A stretch of 63,824 bases of DNA, the filler included, from Trichomonas gallinae (lineage: Eukaryota): assembly GCA_008369845.1 (NCBI GenBank). It is 6 parts of 6 records of this genome, joined end to end, with 100 filler letters (N's around TTAATTAATTAA, not from the genome) between each part and the next. Parts side by side here need not be neighbours in the genome. Positions count along the whole stretch, not along the records: positions 40,776 to 56,357 come from MRSU01000338.1; 5 more parts are not named here. One strand, given 5' to 3'. Position 1 is the first letter of the stretch, and each line of letters starts with the position of its first letter. Position numbers and translations under genes: made by a program. Below the pieces are notes generated by a model. The model saw only the letters and a program-made list of their open reading frames with translations. It did not search any database and had not been told where the DNA came from. This document shows, one piece after another, positions 41,356 to 50,370 of this stretch.

Positions 41356-43182
41356 ATGATAGGTGAACCTGTTGAGGTTCCTCAGGATGCTCTTGACGAA
41401 TTCATGCCGTACGTGAAATTAAGCAGCATTGTTTCGACATTAACAGCCGAAAATATTCAGGATTCATTTAAACAAATATCAGATCTCAACATTTTTAACA
41501 GCGATATCGGAATGAATGCGTTTGTTTTGAATGTTTACATTCGCCCTACAAAATTTGCAGTTAATTTCATGAAAGAATTATTTAATTTATGCGAAAAAAA
41601 TGCAAACTCTACAAATAAATTAGCAAATTTCAAACCGATGTTACTAGATCATCTATTTCGTGATAGTAGTGACTATCTATTCTATAGAAATACAAAAGAT
41701 TTACGATTTTTAAGATTATTAACAGATAATGGAGCTTTGCAGTATTCTGAATACAGCGACTACTTAAAACGGTTCTTTAATCGTCATAAAAACTTTCCAA
41801 ATGTAGTTTTAACAATAGCTTTCTATTTAAGAAAATACATCGCAGAAGATCCAACATTTAACGAAATACTTCAAAAATACATTGCAGATTCGCTAAAATC
41901 AGAAAGAGCTGCAAAGAAATTCTCAGCACTTTATATTCGCGCAACATCATCTCCAGAATTAGAAAATCAATATCTTCAAGAAGGCTGTGAACAAGGCTCA
42001 ATCGAGTGGATACTTAAACATGATGATATAGATGCGCTGCTTGCATATAAGAATTGCAATTTAAACCCAACGAAAAAAATTAGAAGAAATTATTTCGATT
42101 TTCCTTCCTCAATTCGCCAAGAACCATCATTAACACAGTATGCAGTATCATTTGGCGCAACTAAATGCTTCAAATATTTAGTTGTTCAAGATTCTGATCT
42201 AAAATACAGAGACAAATGGGACCATTCGATCCAATACTTTGCTGTGTCAACAGGAAACATTGAGATGGTTAGAATGATCCAGCAGCAATCATTCAAATTC
42301 GATAAATTTTTGAAAGTTGCTGCTCAATTCGCACAAAAAGACATTTTCAACTGGATTATTGAGACAGAGATATCAGGAGAGGACCGACTCAAAGAAGAAA
42401 TGACCAATTCTTTCTGTTACGCATGTTCGTCAAATAATCCTTCAACAATTTTATTTTGTCTTAAAAACGGCTGCCAAGTTAATTCAATAGATCAAGGAGG
42501 CTACTCAGCACTACAGTCCGCCATTATTTCACGAGTATATTCGACATTAATATTCTTGACGAAGCTTCCATCAACAAACATCAATTTTAAGGACGGACGT
42601 GGTGAAACAGCACTGCATTATGCTTCAAAAATCGACGATGACTTTTTTGCAAAATATCTTCTATCGATTGGTGCTGATCCTAATATACAGGACAACCAAG
42701 GTGCGACAGCAGTACAAAAGGCTCTAGATAACAAACAACAAAGTGTATTGACCATTTTGTTGTCACATCCTAAGACAAAGATTGGAAACGCAAGACAAAT
42801 CATTTCAAGGGCTGTTTTCGGTAAGAATAAGTTTGCATTGAAGTTTACTTTAGACCATCCAGAGATATTCAATGTCAACGCAAAACTTGACGGCTTCTCG
42901 ATGTCGCCATTAATCATTCTTACTCGTTCGAATGAATACAAGCTTGTGAAATTAATGTTGAATTATAAACACGTCGAAGTGAATGTTAGAGACTCAATTT
43001 TCGAAATGAACTTCTTGCAGCACGCAATTGAGACTAAGTCGTATGATGTCCTTAGATTGGCTGTCGCGACTCCTGGCATTGACTACAAAACAACAACTAA
43101 ATTCAGACAAACACTTTCTGACTTAGTTGATGGTGATGCAACATGCGGTGAAATTCTAAGATCAGCTGGAATCGAATTTTAA
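41356..43182 (+). CDS. DUF3447-like / ankyrin-repeat protein
   Basis: ILKHDDID..SLTQYAVSFGATKCFKYL..FAVSTGNIEMVRMI (DUF3447-like), then ankyrin repeats (DGRGETALHYAS...LLSIGADPNIQDNQGATAVQKA). Confidence 0.9.
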   Translation: MIGEPVEVPQDALDEFMPYVKLSSIVSTLTAENIQDSFKQISDLNIFNSDIGMNAFVLNVYIRPTKFAVNFMKELFNLCEKNANSTNKLANFKPMLLDHLFRDSSDYLFYRNTKDLRFLRLLTDNGALQYSEYSDYLKRFFNRHKNFPNVVLTIAFYLRKYIAEDPTFNEILQKYIADSLKSERAAKKFSALYIRATSSPELENQYLQEGCEQGSIEWILKHDDIDALLAYKNCNLNPTKKIRRNYFDFPSSIRQEPSLTQYAVSFGATKCFKYLVVQDSDLKYRDKWDHSIQYFAVSTGNIEMVRMIQQQSFKFDKFLKVAAQFAQKDIFNWIIETEISGEDRLKEEMTNSFCYACSSNNPSTILFCLKNGCQVNSIDQGGYSALQSAIISRVYSTLIFLTKLPSTNINFKDGRGETALHYASKIDDDFFAKYLLSIGADPNIQDNQGATAVQKALDNKQQSVLTILLSHPKTKIGNARQIISRAVFGKNKFALKFTLDHPEIFNVNAKLDGFSMSPLIILTRSNEYKLVKLMLNYKHVEVNVRDSIFEMNFLQHAIETKSYDVLRLAVATPGIDYKTTTKFRQTLSDLVDGDATCGEILRSAGIEF

Positions 43183-43715
43183 TCTTATATATGAACATCT
43201 TCAAAATTTGACATGTAAATTTTAACACCACATGTAAATCACAATCTGACACTTTACAAGTCAAAATTTCAAAACTATCGAAAAAATTAATATTGAACAT
43301 CATAGCACATTCATCTAATTAATATTTGAACTCTAGATTGTATTTATCAGGATTTTACCAATATTCTTCTATTAATATTGAAGTTTCAATTTAATTTATG
43401 GAATATAGATCTTTGCGGTGAAATTGATTATAATTCATTTTAAGTCTCATGAATCGATTGTGTTTTAGCCATTATATAAAATCGAAAAATATATTTTTTT
43501 GGAATAATGTTTTCTAATCTTAACTATAAATAAAATCGAATTTATTTCATCTATATTTCAAAAATTTAGAAGGTAAAGTTTTCAAATTCATTAATTAAAA
43601 AATCAAAATAATATTTTAATGAATTTTGACTTATTATTTTGGCAACATGTCTATATACTATAGATATGCCATATTTAATTGTGTATATGTCATATATTAT
43701 TAATTCCTTTCACCG

Positions 43716-46700
43716 ATGTGTGCGCAACGGTTAAAAATTCTCAGTCAAAGACTGAAAGGATTCGAGCGCATCATCGGTGAAAGGAAATTGGAATATAATC
43801 GGCAACAATATCTGATAAAACTTCAAGATCGGCCATATAAAGACTCGATTTGGGTAGATAAAGAAGATTTAGTCGCTTTGAAATTCGATTCGCAGTTACT
43901 AGATGCAATATACCCTAAATTTGATGCAAATCACTTCTATAATCCAGAATACGACAAAATCGAAATGTTAATTCGTGAAGACAGAGATTTATTCACTGTT
44001 AAGTGGAAATATCTACCTCTAGATCAATGCACTGTACAAGGATATGTGCCATCAAACGTTTTAAATAGAAAATACAGAAAAGAAGAAATGATTTTTCCGA
44101 GCATTCAAGACAAATTAAAAATACATAGACGATTCCTTCTTTTAGATGAAGTAGGATCGAATTCCGATATAAATCAAAGCAAATCACAAGTAATTCTTAA
44201 TAATTTAATTCTTAAATTTAAAAATCATGAAACTGTTTCTTTAAATCTCGATTATTATGACCACATTGAACAAATATTCCTTGATTTTTGTGAAAATCTT
44301 TACAAAGCTTATGATATTTATGGACCTTTTCTTGTCCTGGCAAAACATGAAAATATTGCAGAAATTGTATCGTATATGGAAGAGAAAACAGACCTAACAG
44401 TATGTCCATATTATGGATCTAATAAAAGTCTCGAAAATGCAATAAAATATTTTCATATTGGACCATTTGAACGAATTGGCTTTCACTTTCTAATTGCAAC
44501 AAAAGAATCATTTGATTATAAACCAAGTATATTCGAAAAATTACGATTTGCTGCAACATTAAGCATTGATAATCAAGAATTACCAAAATGTATATATTCA
44601 AGATTCCAGATAAATTGCAATAAAACAAAACTGATGGATTCATTGAATTTATACTTTAAATTATCCGATTTCTGCATAAATAATGCGAATCAAAATGAAA
44701 TTGAAAAATTCCAAGCAGCAAAGTCTTTATTTCCGACTCCTTTACCTCCGATCAATGCAAAAGAACCTATTACAATAAATTGTCCACTTACACAAACACA
44801 AAAAGATTGTATTCAGCTAATTTTCAAACATAACTTTAAACTATACAAAAATCGCAGCTATTCGTCATTAATGGATATAATAAAACTAGTTTTCATTCAT
44901 CCATACGTCATCAAAGACAATGAACATGGTTTTTCGACGAAAATTGAACAATCATCAGGAAAGATTTCAAAATGCTTAGAAATTATCAAAGAAAACATGA
45001 AAAACCACTTAAATACATTGATAGTATTTCCAAATAATGACTTTATTCCGATTTTTGAAGATATTTGTTTTATCTGCGAAATTACTTTTTCAACAAATCA
45101 TAATAACTCAAATGCAACAATAATTTCAATATCTAATGAGAACATAGAAAAGTTCGAGAACCAAGCAAATGCTATAATATTTTTTGGTAATTACTTCACC
45201 AAATATAAAAATGCAAACGCGAAATATTATAAATTAATTTGCGATGATTTTCTCGAAGAAAAAGAAAACTCGAAAGAAAAGATCAATTTCATTTACATAG
45301 CATCATCATATTCCAAAGAGATTCATTTTAATTCTTCAATAATCAAACCAATACTCAAAGAAAACATTAATCAAAAAGATATTAAACAAATAGAAACACA
45401 TATTCAATCGTTTAATCATTATTCATACAGACATTTATCATTAATTGCACGCAAATTATATAAATTTGGGTGGTCAAACTGGGATAAAACTATATCAGAT
45501 CTACCTTTCGATATTAGCATCAAGCAACTCAAAATGATTTATTCAGCAATAATCATAAAAACAATCGAAAAATATAAAGATAATCATGATGATTCAATTG
45601 GATTTATTAAATTCTACATTAATGAATGTTTCAAGCCAAAGAAATACATAAAATATCTTCCAGACTATGCCCCATTTTATGAGAAAATAGAATCAGTTTT
45701 ATATACTTTACAAGCTCAAATGATTTTGTTTAAATTTAACAGCGAAAGCATTTTGAAGAAAATAAAGATCAATGGAAAAGTTCCACAAAAGTTTTGGAAG
45801 AAAGAAAATGATATGGCTTTATTAGAAAGTTATTCGAAAAATGGTTTTGGTTATAATGATCCAAATCTACCTAAAATCAGCCAAGATTTGTTGGCAGATA
45901 GATACGAATCAATTTTAATTTCTTTAGCGAATTATGTTTTGGATTCATTGAATTGTTTTTATTGCTTTTTATCTGAAAGTATCAAAGAAAAGAATAGTAT
46001 TGAAAATGTTCTAGATATAACCAATGATTTAATGAACAAAGGCATTCAAATAAATTTAATTTTCATTGGTAGCAAAAATATAATAAAGCAAATAATTAAA
46101 GCGTCAACCCATTTTTATAGATCAGAGCATTTTGGAAGAATGATGAAGAAACTCAAACGCAGAATAGTTTTCTTTAATAAATTAGAAAGAGTTCTTAATC
46201 ATGAAAATACTTACAAAATATTACAGAAAATTGGTACATGGTTTAACGAAATTTCACCCGACGAAGAAATAATGATATATAATTTTATATATGAAAACGG
46301 AATTTCTTCGATTCCTGATATTCTCGATGATCCTATATTATGTGAAGCACTAAATGGAGAGCTTCCAAATCAGTTAATGAGCATTGTTACTATTTCACAG
46401 CGAATTTCAAATTTAATTGAAATGATTAAAATTCCAACTTTGATAAAATCCAAAAGGCCGAAAGATTTCTATGATAATTACACTTTCTCTGACATTGGAT
46501 CCGATTTTCAGTCTTCTGATGAAGAAAAAAAGCCAAAGAAAAATCAAAAAATTAAAAACAAGAAATTGCCAATCAAAGATGATAGAATCAAGAAGGAATT
46601 AGCAAAAATCAATGTAACTTTAACTAATATAGCAAAAGAAGACAAAAATATTGAATCAAATCAAAAAGATGAGGAAAGTGAACAAGATAGTAAAGATTCA

Positions 46701-47582
46701 TCAGAAAAAATAGAAATTAATGAAGATTACTCGGCTTATGATGAAGAAGACAAAGAATCTGAAAATGAAAATTCAGATTATTCAGAAAACACAACAAATT
46801 CAGAGTTAAATATGACATCATCGGATGAACAAATTCAAGATGATGATATTTTATCTAAAATCGAAAACTTCGATTTTGATATTCCTGAAAATGTTGATTT
46901 GGAGTCTGAACTGATGAGTGAAGATTATAGTGAAGCAGAAATGACAGATGATTATGCATATGATGAAGAAGAAGACCTTTCTGATCTAATTGAAATTCGT
47001 CCACCACTTGAAATAGAAGATTTCAAGGAAACAATACCAAAAATCAGTGAAGTTACTTTCCCTTATAAGATTGGTGAGAGTGCTTACATCATTCAGCTTG
47101 GAAAAATTAATCAAAAATATCATAATGAAAGATATATTTTTCCAATAGGTTTCAAGTCACAGCGCGTCTGGAAATCAGCAAAAAAACCACAGCAATCTGC
47201 AATTTGGACATCAGAAATTCTCGAAGAAAACGATAACATTGTTTTTCGTGTTTCTTCGCCGAATGAGTCAACGTATGAAGGGCAGACACCAACATATCCA
47301 TGGATCTCACTCTGTCAAGACGTCTGCAGAGTAAACGGGCTCCCAAAAAACATGATGTCTCTCAGTGGAATCGAAATGTTTCTCCTTGGACATAGAATTG
47401 TTTCTGGATTCATAGAACAACTTGATGGTTGTGATAAATGCCTTGAATACATTCCTAAAGTTATTCGCAAGGATCCAACTCCAATTAAATATATAGCAGC
47501 ACCAGTGAAACTCAGACATAGAAAGAGAAAAAGAAAGAAATCTCACAAGAAACAGAAGAAAATCACAGAATATGCCAAATAA
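43716..47582 (+). CDS. Degenerate CHD-like protein: tandem chromodomains, eroded SNF2 helicase, SANT/SLIDE-like remnants, C-terminal FYRN/FYRC
   Basis: YLIKLQDRPYKDSIWV and FTVKWKYLPLDQCT (chromo); GPFLVLA, CPLTQTQK, HPY, QSSGK (SNF2 remnants); KFGWSNW, W.KENDMALL; YHNERYIFPIGFKSQR...GQTPTYPW...LSGIEMF (FYR). M5-like CCTTT at 43706-43710. Confidence 0.8.
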   Translation: MCAQRLKILSQRLKGFERIIGERKLEYNRQQYLIKLQDRPYKDSIWVDKEDLVALKFDSQLLDAIYPKFDANHFYNPEYDKIEMLIREDRDLFTVKWKYLPLDQCTVQGYVPSNVLNRKYRKEEMIFPSIQDKLKIHRRFLLLDEVGSNSDINQSKSQVILNNLILKFKNHETVSLNLDYYDHIEQIFLDFCENLYKAYDIYGPFLVLAKHENIAEIVSYMEEKTDLTVCPYYGSNKSLENAIKYFHIGPFERIGFHFLIATKESFDYKPSIFEKLRFAATLSIDNQELPKCIYSRFQINCNKTKLMDSLNLYFKLSDFCINNANQNEIEKFQAAKSLFPTPLPPINAKEPITINCPLTQTQKDCIQLIFKHNFKLYKNRSYSSLMDIIKLVFIHPYVIKDNEHGFSTKIEQSSGKISKCLEIIKENMKNHLNTLIVFPNNDFIPIFEDICFICEITFSTNHNNSNATIISISNENIEKFENQANAIIFFGNYFTKYKNANAKYYKLICDDFLEEKENSKEKINFIYIASSYSKEIHFNSSIIKPILKENINQKDIKQIETHIQSFNHYSYRHLSLIARKLYKFGWSNWDKTISDLPFDISIKQLKMIYSAIIIKTIEKYKDNHDDSIGFIKFYINECFKPKKYIKYLPDYAPFYEKIESVLYTLQAQMILFKFNSESILKKIKINGKVPQKFWKKENDMALLESYSKNGFGYNDPNLPKISQDLLADRYESILISLANYVLDSLNCFYCFLSESIKEKNSIENVLDITNDLMNKGIQINLIFIGSKNIIKQIIKASTHFYRSEHFGRMMKKLKRRIVFFNKLERVLNHENTYKILQKIGTWFNEISPDEEIMIYNFIYENGISSIPDILDDPILCEALNGELPNQLMSIVTISQRISNLIEMIKIPTLIKSKRPKDFYDNYTFSDIGSDFQSSDEEKKPKKNQKIKNKKLPIKDDRIKKELAKINVTLTNIAKEDKNIESNQKDEESEQDSKDSSEKIEINEDYSAYDEEDKESENENSDYSENTTNSELNMTSSDEQIQDDDILSKIENFDFDIPENVDLESELMSEDYSEAEMTDDYAYDEEEDLSDLIEIRPPLEIEDFKETIPKISEVTFPYKIGESAYIIQLGKINQKYHNERYIFPIGFKSQRVWKSAKKPQQSAIWTSEILEENDNIVFRVSSPNESTYEGQTPTYPWISLCQDVCRVNGLPKNMMSLSGIEMFLLGHRIVSGFIEQLDGCDKCLEYIPKVIRKDPTPIKYIAAPVKLRHRKRKRKKSHKKQKKITEYAK

Positions 47583-47870
47583 ATTGTTTATTATATTATT
47601 GCTATTCAAATTTATAACTGATTTTTAACAACAAAAGAAAATATTTTTGATTTTCTAAAGTATCATCAATTAGCAATTTTAATACCGTAAACATCTTGAA
47701 ATTTTTATACTTATTATTATTATATATATATATAACACTCAATATGATGCAATAAAGAAAAATAATTTTAGTTTCATGTATTTATATGATTTTAAGTTTT
47801 TAATTCGCAATATAATACTATGTGTATGGATTTTGTTAAGATATTATATATTAGTAATCCAAAACGAAAA

Positions 47871-48473
47871 TTAAATAAATATTGTAACCATAATAACATA
47901 TATACTGCATATTATTAGATCAGATCTGATTGAGTATACAACAAGATCCGTTGGATCTTCATTGTGAAATATGTCTGTATATCCAAAAGGCATTTTATTG
48001 ATAAAATTTTCCTGTTTAAATATTCCTTTAACTTTTGAGATATTTGTGATGCTTCCTTGTTTCAGGAGTAGACGCCATGTTAAATATTTTGATGATTCGT
48101 ATTTAAATTCTGTAATTTTTGATCCACTTATCACGTTAAATGTTTGATCTTGACAATTTAAGCATAGCATATATCGTTTAAATATTTGTAATGGTTCAAA
48201 AAATTTTTGTATTAAATAAGTCTCAGGATTTAGTAATTGAAGACGAAATTCTGCATTACTTCGATTCATATCGAATACAAAGATGTAATATTTTTGTGTG
48301 AAAAACCCAAATAATGGACGAGATCCTGAATTCCATTCGACTTCATAGCAAACTTTTCCACGGTTGAATGCTTCTTTTGATCTCCATGTTATCCATGGAT
48401 TATTTGTTAATGAGAAATTTGTCTCATCTCTGTCCCATGCCGAGAATATAAATCGACAACTATAATTTGTCAC
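47871..48473 (-). CDS. Hypothetical SPRY-like protein with C-terminal hydrophobic anchor; no proximal ATG (possible pseudogene)
   Basis: 200 open codons; KVCYEVEW..G...FGF and F.NKMPFGY; hydrophobic C-terminus. The first in-frame ATG is ~67 codons in. Confidence 0.45.
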   Translation of the reverse strand: MTNYSCRFIFSAWDRDETNFSLTNNPWITWRSKEAFNRGKVCYEVEWNSGSRPLFGFFTQKYYIFVFDMNRSNAEFRLQLLNPETYLIQKFFEPLQIFKRYMLCLNCQDQTFNVISGSKITEFKYESSKYLTWRLLLKQGSITNISKVKGIFKQENFINKMPFGYTDIFHNEDPTDLVVYSIRSDLIICSIYVIMVTIFI

Positions 48474-49341
48474 TTTTATTAACCTTAGAAATATTATAGT
48501 CTTTTTATCAGATAAATCAACTGACTTGAACCCAACAATCTTAAATATAGTAACAATATTACGATATAGCTACATACACTTAATATCATAATCTGATTAG
48601 GTTAATCTATCAAAATCATGATGCCACTCATTATTATTGTCAGCCCCTAAATAAAATTAATCCGCTTTAAAATATCAATACAATTGTTTACGTAGAGTGA
48701 ATCAATAGATTTATGTCAATTATTTTTTCAAAGCAACGATACGGGGGTTTGGTCGGAGCCAAATTTTGAAAGGAGTCATAATATCTAATAGAAATTTCTG
48801 TCGACGTAATTCCTTCTAGTTTCGTCTTCTAATTCTTTCTAATTCAAATTTTCTCCTTTCACGACAATTTCAAAATTTTTGATGATTTCTCTGATAATAC
48901 TAGCAATACTCGTTGTAAAACAATTATTTGTAAAGCTATTAAATTTCAGAATAAATTGAAAACTCAACTCAAAATATAAATGTTACGTTCTTTCGCGTAA
49001 TATTGATTTTTGCACACTTTGCTTAGAACTGGTCCCATATAACATAATATTTGCATATTATGTTGGAGTAAATGAAAGAAATGTTGACATTATTAGTATA
49101 CTACCTGAATCACAAAGAAAACTAAAATGTTGAATATTGATTTGAAAGAAAATTCAAAAAAAATTTGAAAGATGTTATCAAATGATCACTATGAAAAAAT
49201 CGAATTGTAAACTCAATGAATTGTAACACATATACAATACTTCTCCATTTTAACAGAATTAGCAACAAATTAAGTATACTAACCTTATAGGAAATGCATT
49301 GAAATTCTGATATTAATTCAAAATCAATATTTTAACCAAAA

Positions 49342-49830
49342 ATGTCTGAAAATACTGAAACTCATGCACCAAATTCCAGAAAAGGAGTGAAAAAACAGAA
49401 GTTCACACCAGAGGAGGACCAAAAACTCTTGGATCTCGTGAAAAAATATGGACTTTTTGATTGGGAATCAATAGCAGAAGATATGAATAATAGAACAGCA
49501 CGTCAATGCAGAGACAGATGGAACTACTATTTAAACCCTGATGTTCGCAATAATAACTGGACCGAAGAAGAAGAAAAATTATTACTGAAAAAATATGCAA
49601 AACATGGCCCTAAATGGTCATTGATTTCCAAGTTTTTCGATAACAGAACTGATGTTAATATCAAAAACCATTACATTGTCATGCAGAGAAGAACAGCGAG
49701 AGAAAGTGGAAATAATATGAGAACGATTCCTCCTGATGTTAGAAAGAAAGCCTTGTCTGTTCCTATCGAAATGAACCAGGAAATTTTCGATTATCGATGG
49801 CTCGATGGTCAATTTTCTGTTGAATTTTAA
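49342..49830 (+). CDS. R2R3-Myb transcription factor
   Basis: KFTPEEDQKLLDLVKKYG..DWESIA..M.NRTARQCRDRW.YYL.P...WTEEEEKLLL......GPKW..IS..F.NRTDVNIKNHY. Confidence 0.95.
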   Translation: MSENTETHAPNSRKGVKKQKFTPEEDQKLLDLVKKYGLFDWESIAEDMNNRTARQCRDRWNYYLNPDVRNNNWTEEEEKLLLKKYAKHGPKWSLISKFFDNRTDVNIKNHYIVMQRRTARESGNNMRTIPPDVRKKALSVPIEMNQEIFDYRWLDGQFSVEF

Positions 49831-50370
49831 TTCTTCATGTAATAATAAAAGATCTGTTTTGTATGATACATACATCAACCAAACAAGCTAAAATTTTCAT
49901 TCAATGGCTTCAAAATGCAAATCAATGAAAAAAATTATATTTTTGGGAAAATATCATCGCTTAGAATATATCGTTCAATATTTCATCTATATTCATGTAG
50001 ATAAAATGATTACATTCATTAAATAGTGATTTAGCTGAGTTATAAAAATTTGATAATAAAATTACAAATCATTTGATGTAATTGTTATTTTTTGCTTGTA
50101 TACATGTTATAATCAAATATTCAAGTTGCAGAACATGTTTCGATACGAATAAAATTCATTGTTAATTATATCATTTATAATTGCCTCAGCGATTATTCCA
50201 AGTTTTATTATATATGATTTTATGTAGAATCACATAATCAAATCACTTAATCAAATCTCAATATTGTATGTTATTATTTGCTATGTTTATCACTTTTGGA
50301 GTATTGGGAGTTATATAAAATTGAGAGAATATTATATACTACGCATTTAAACATACAAACAAAAATAATA

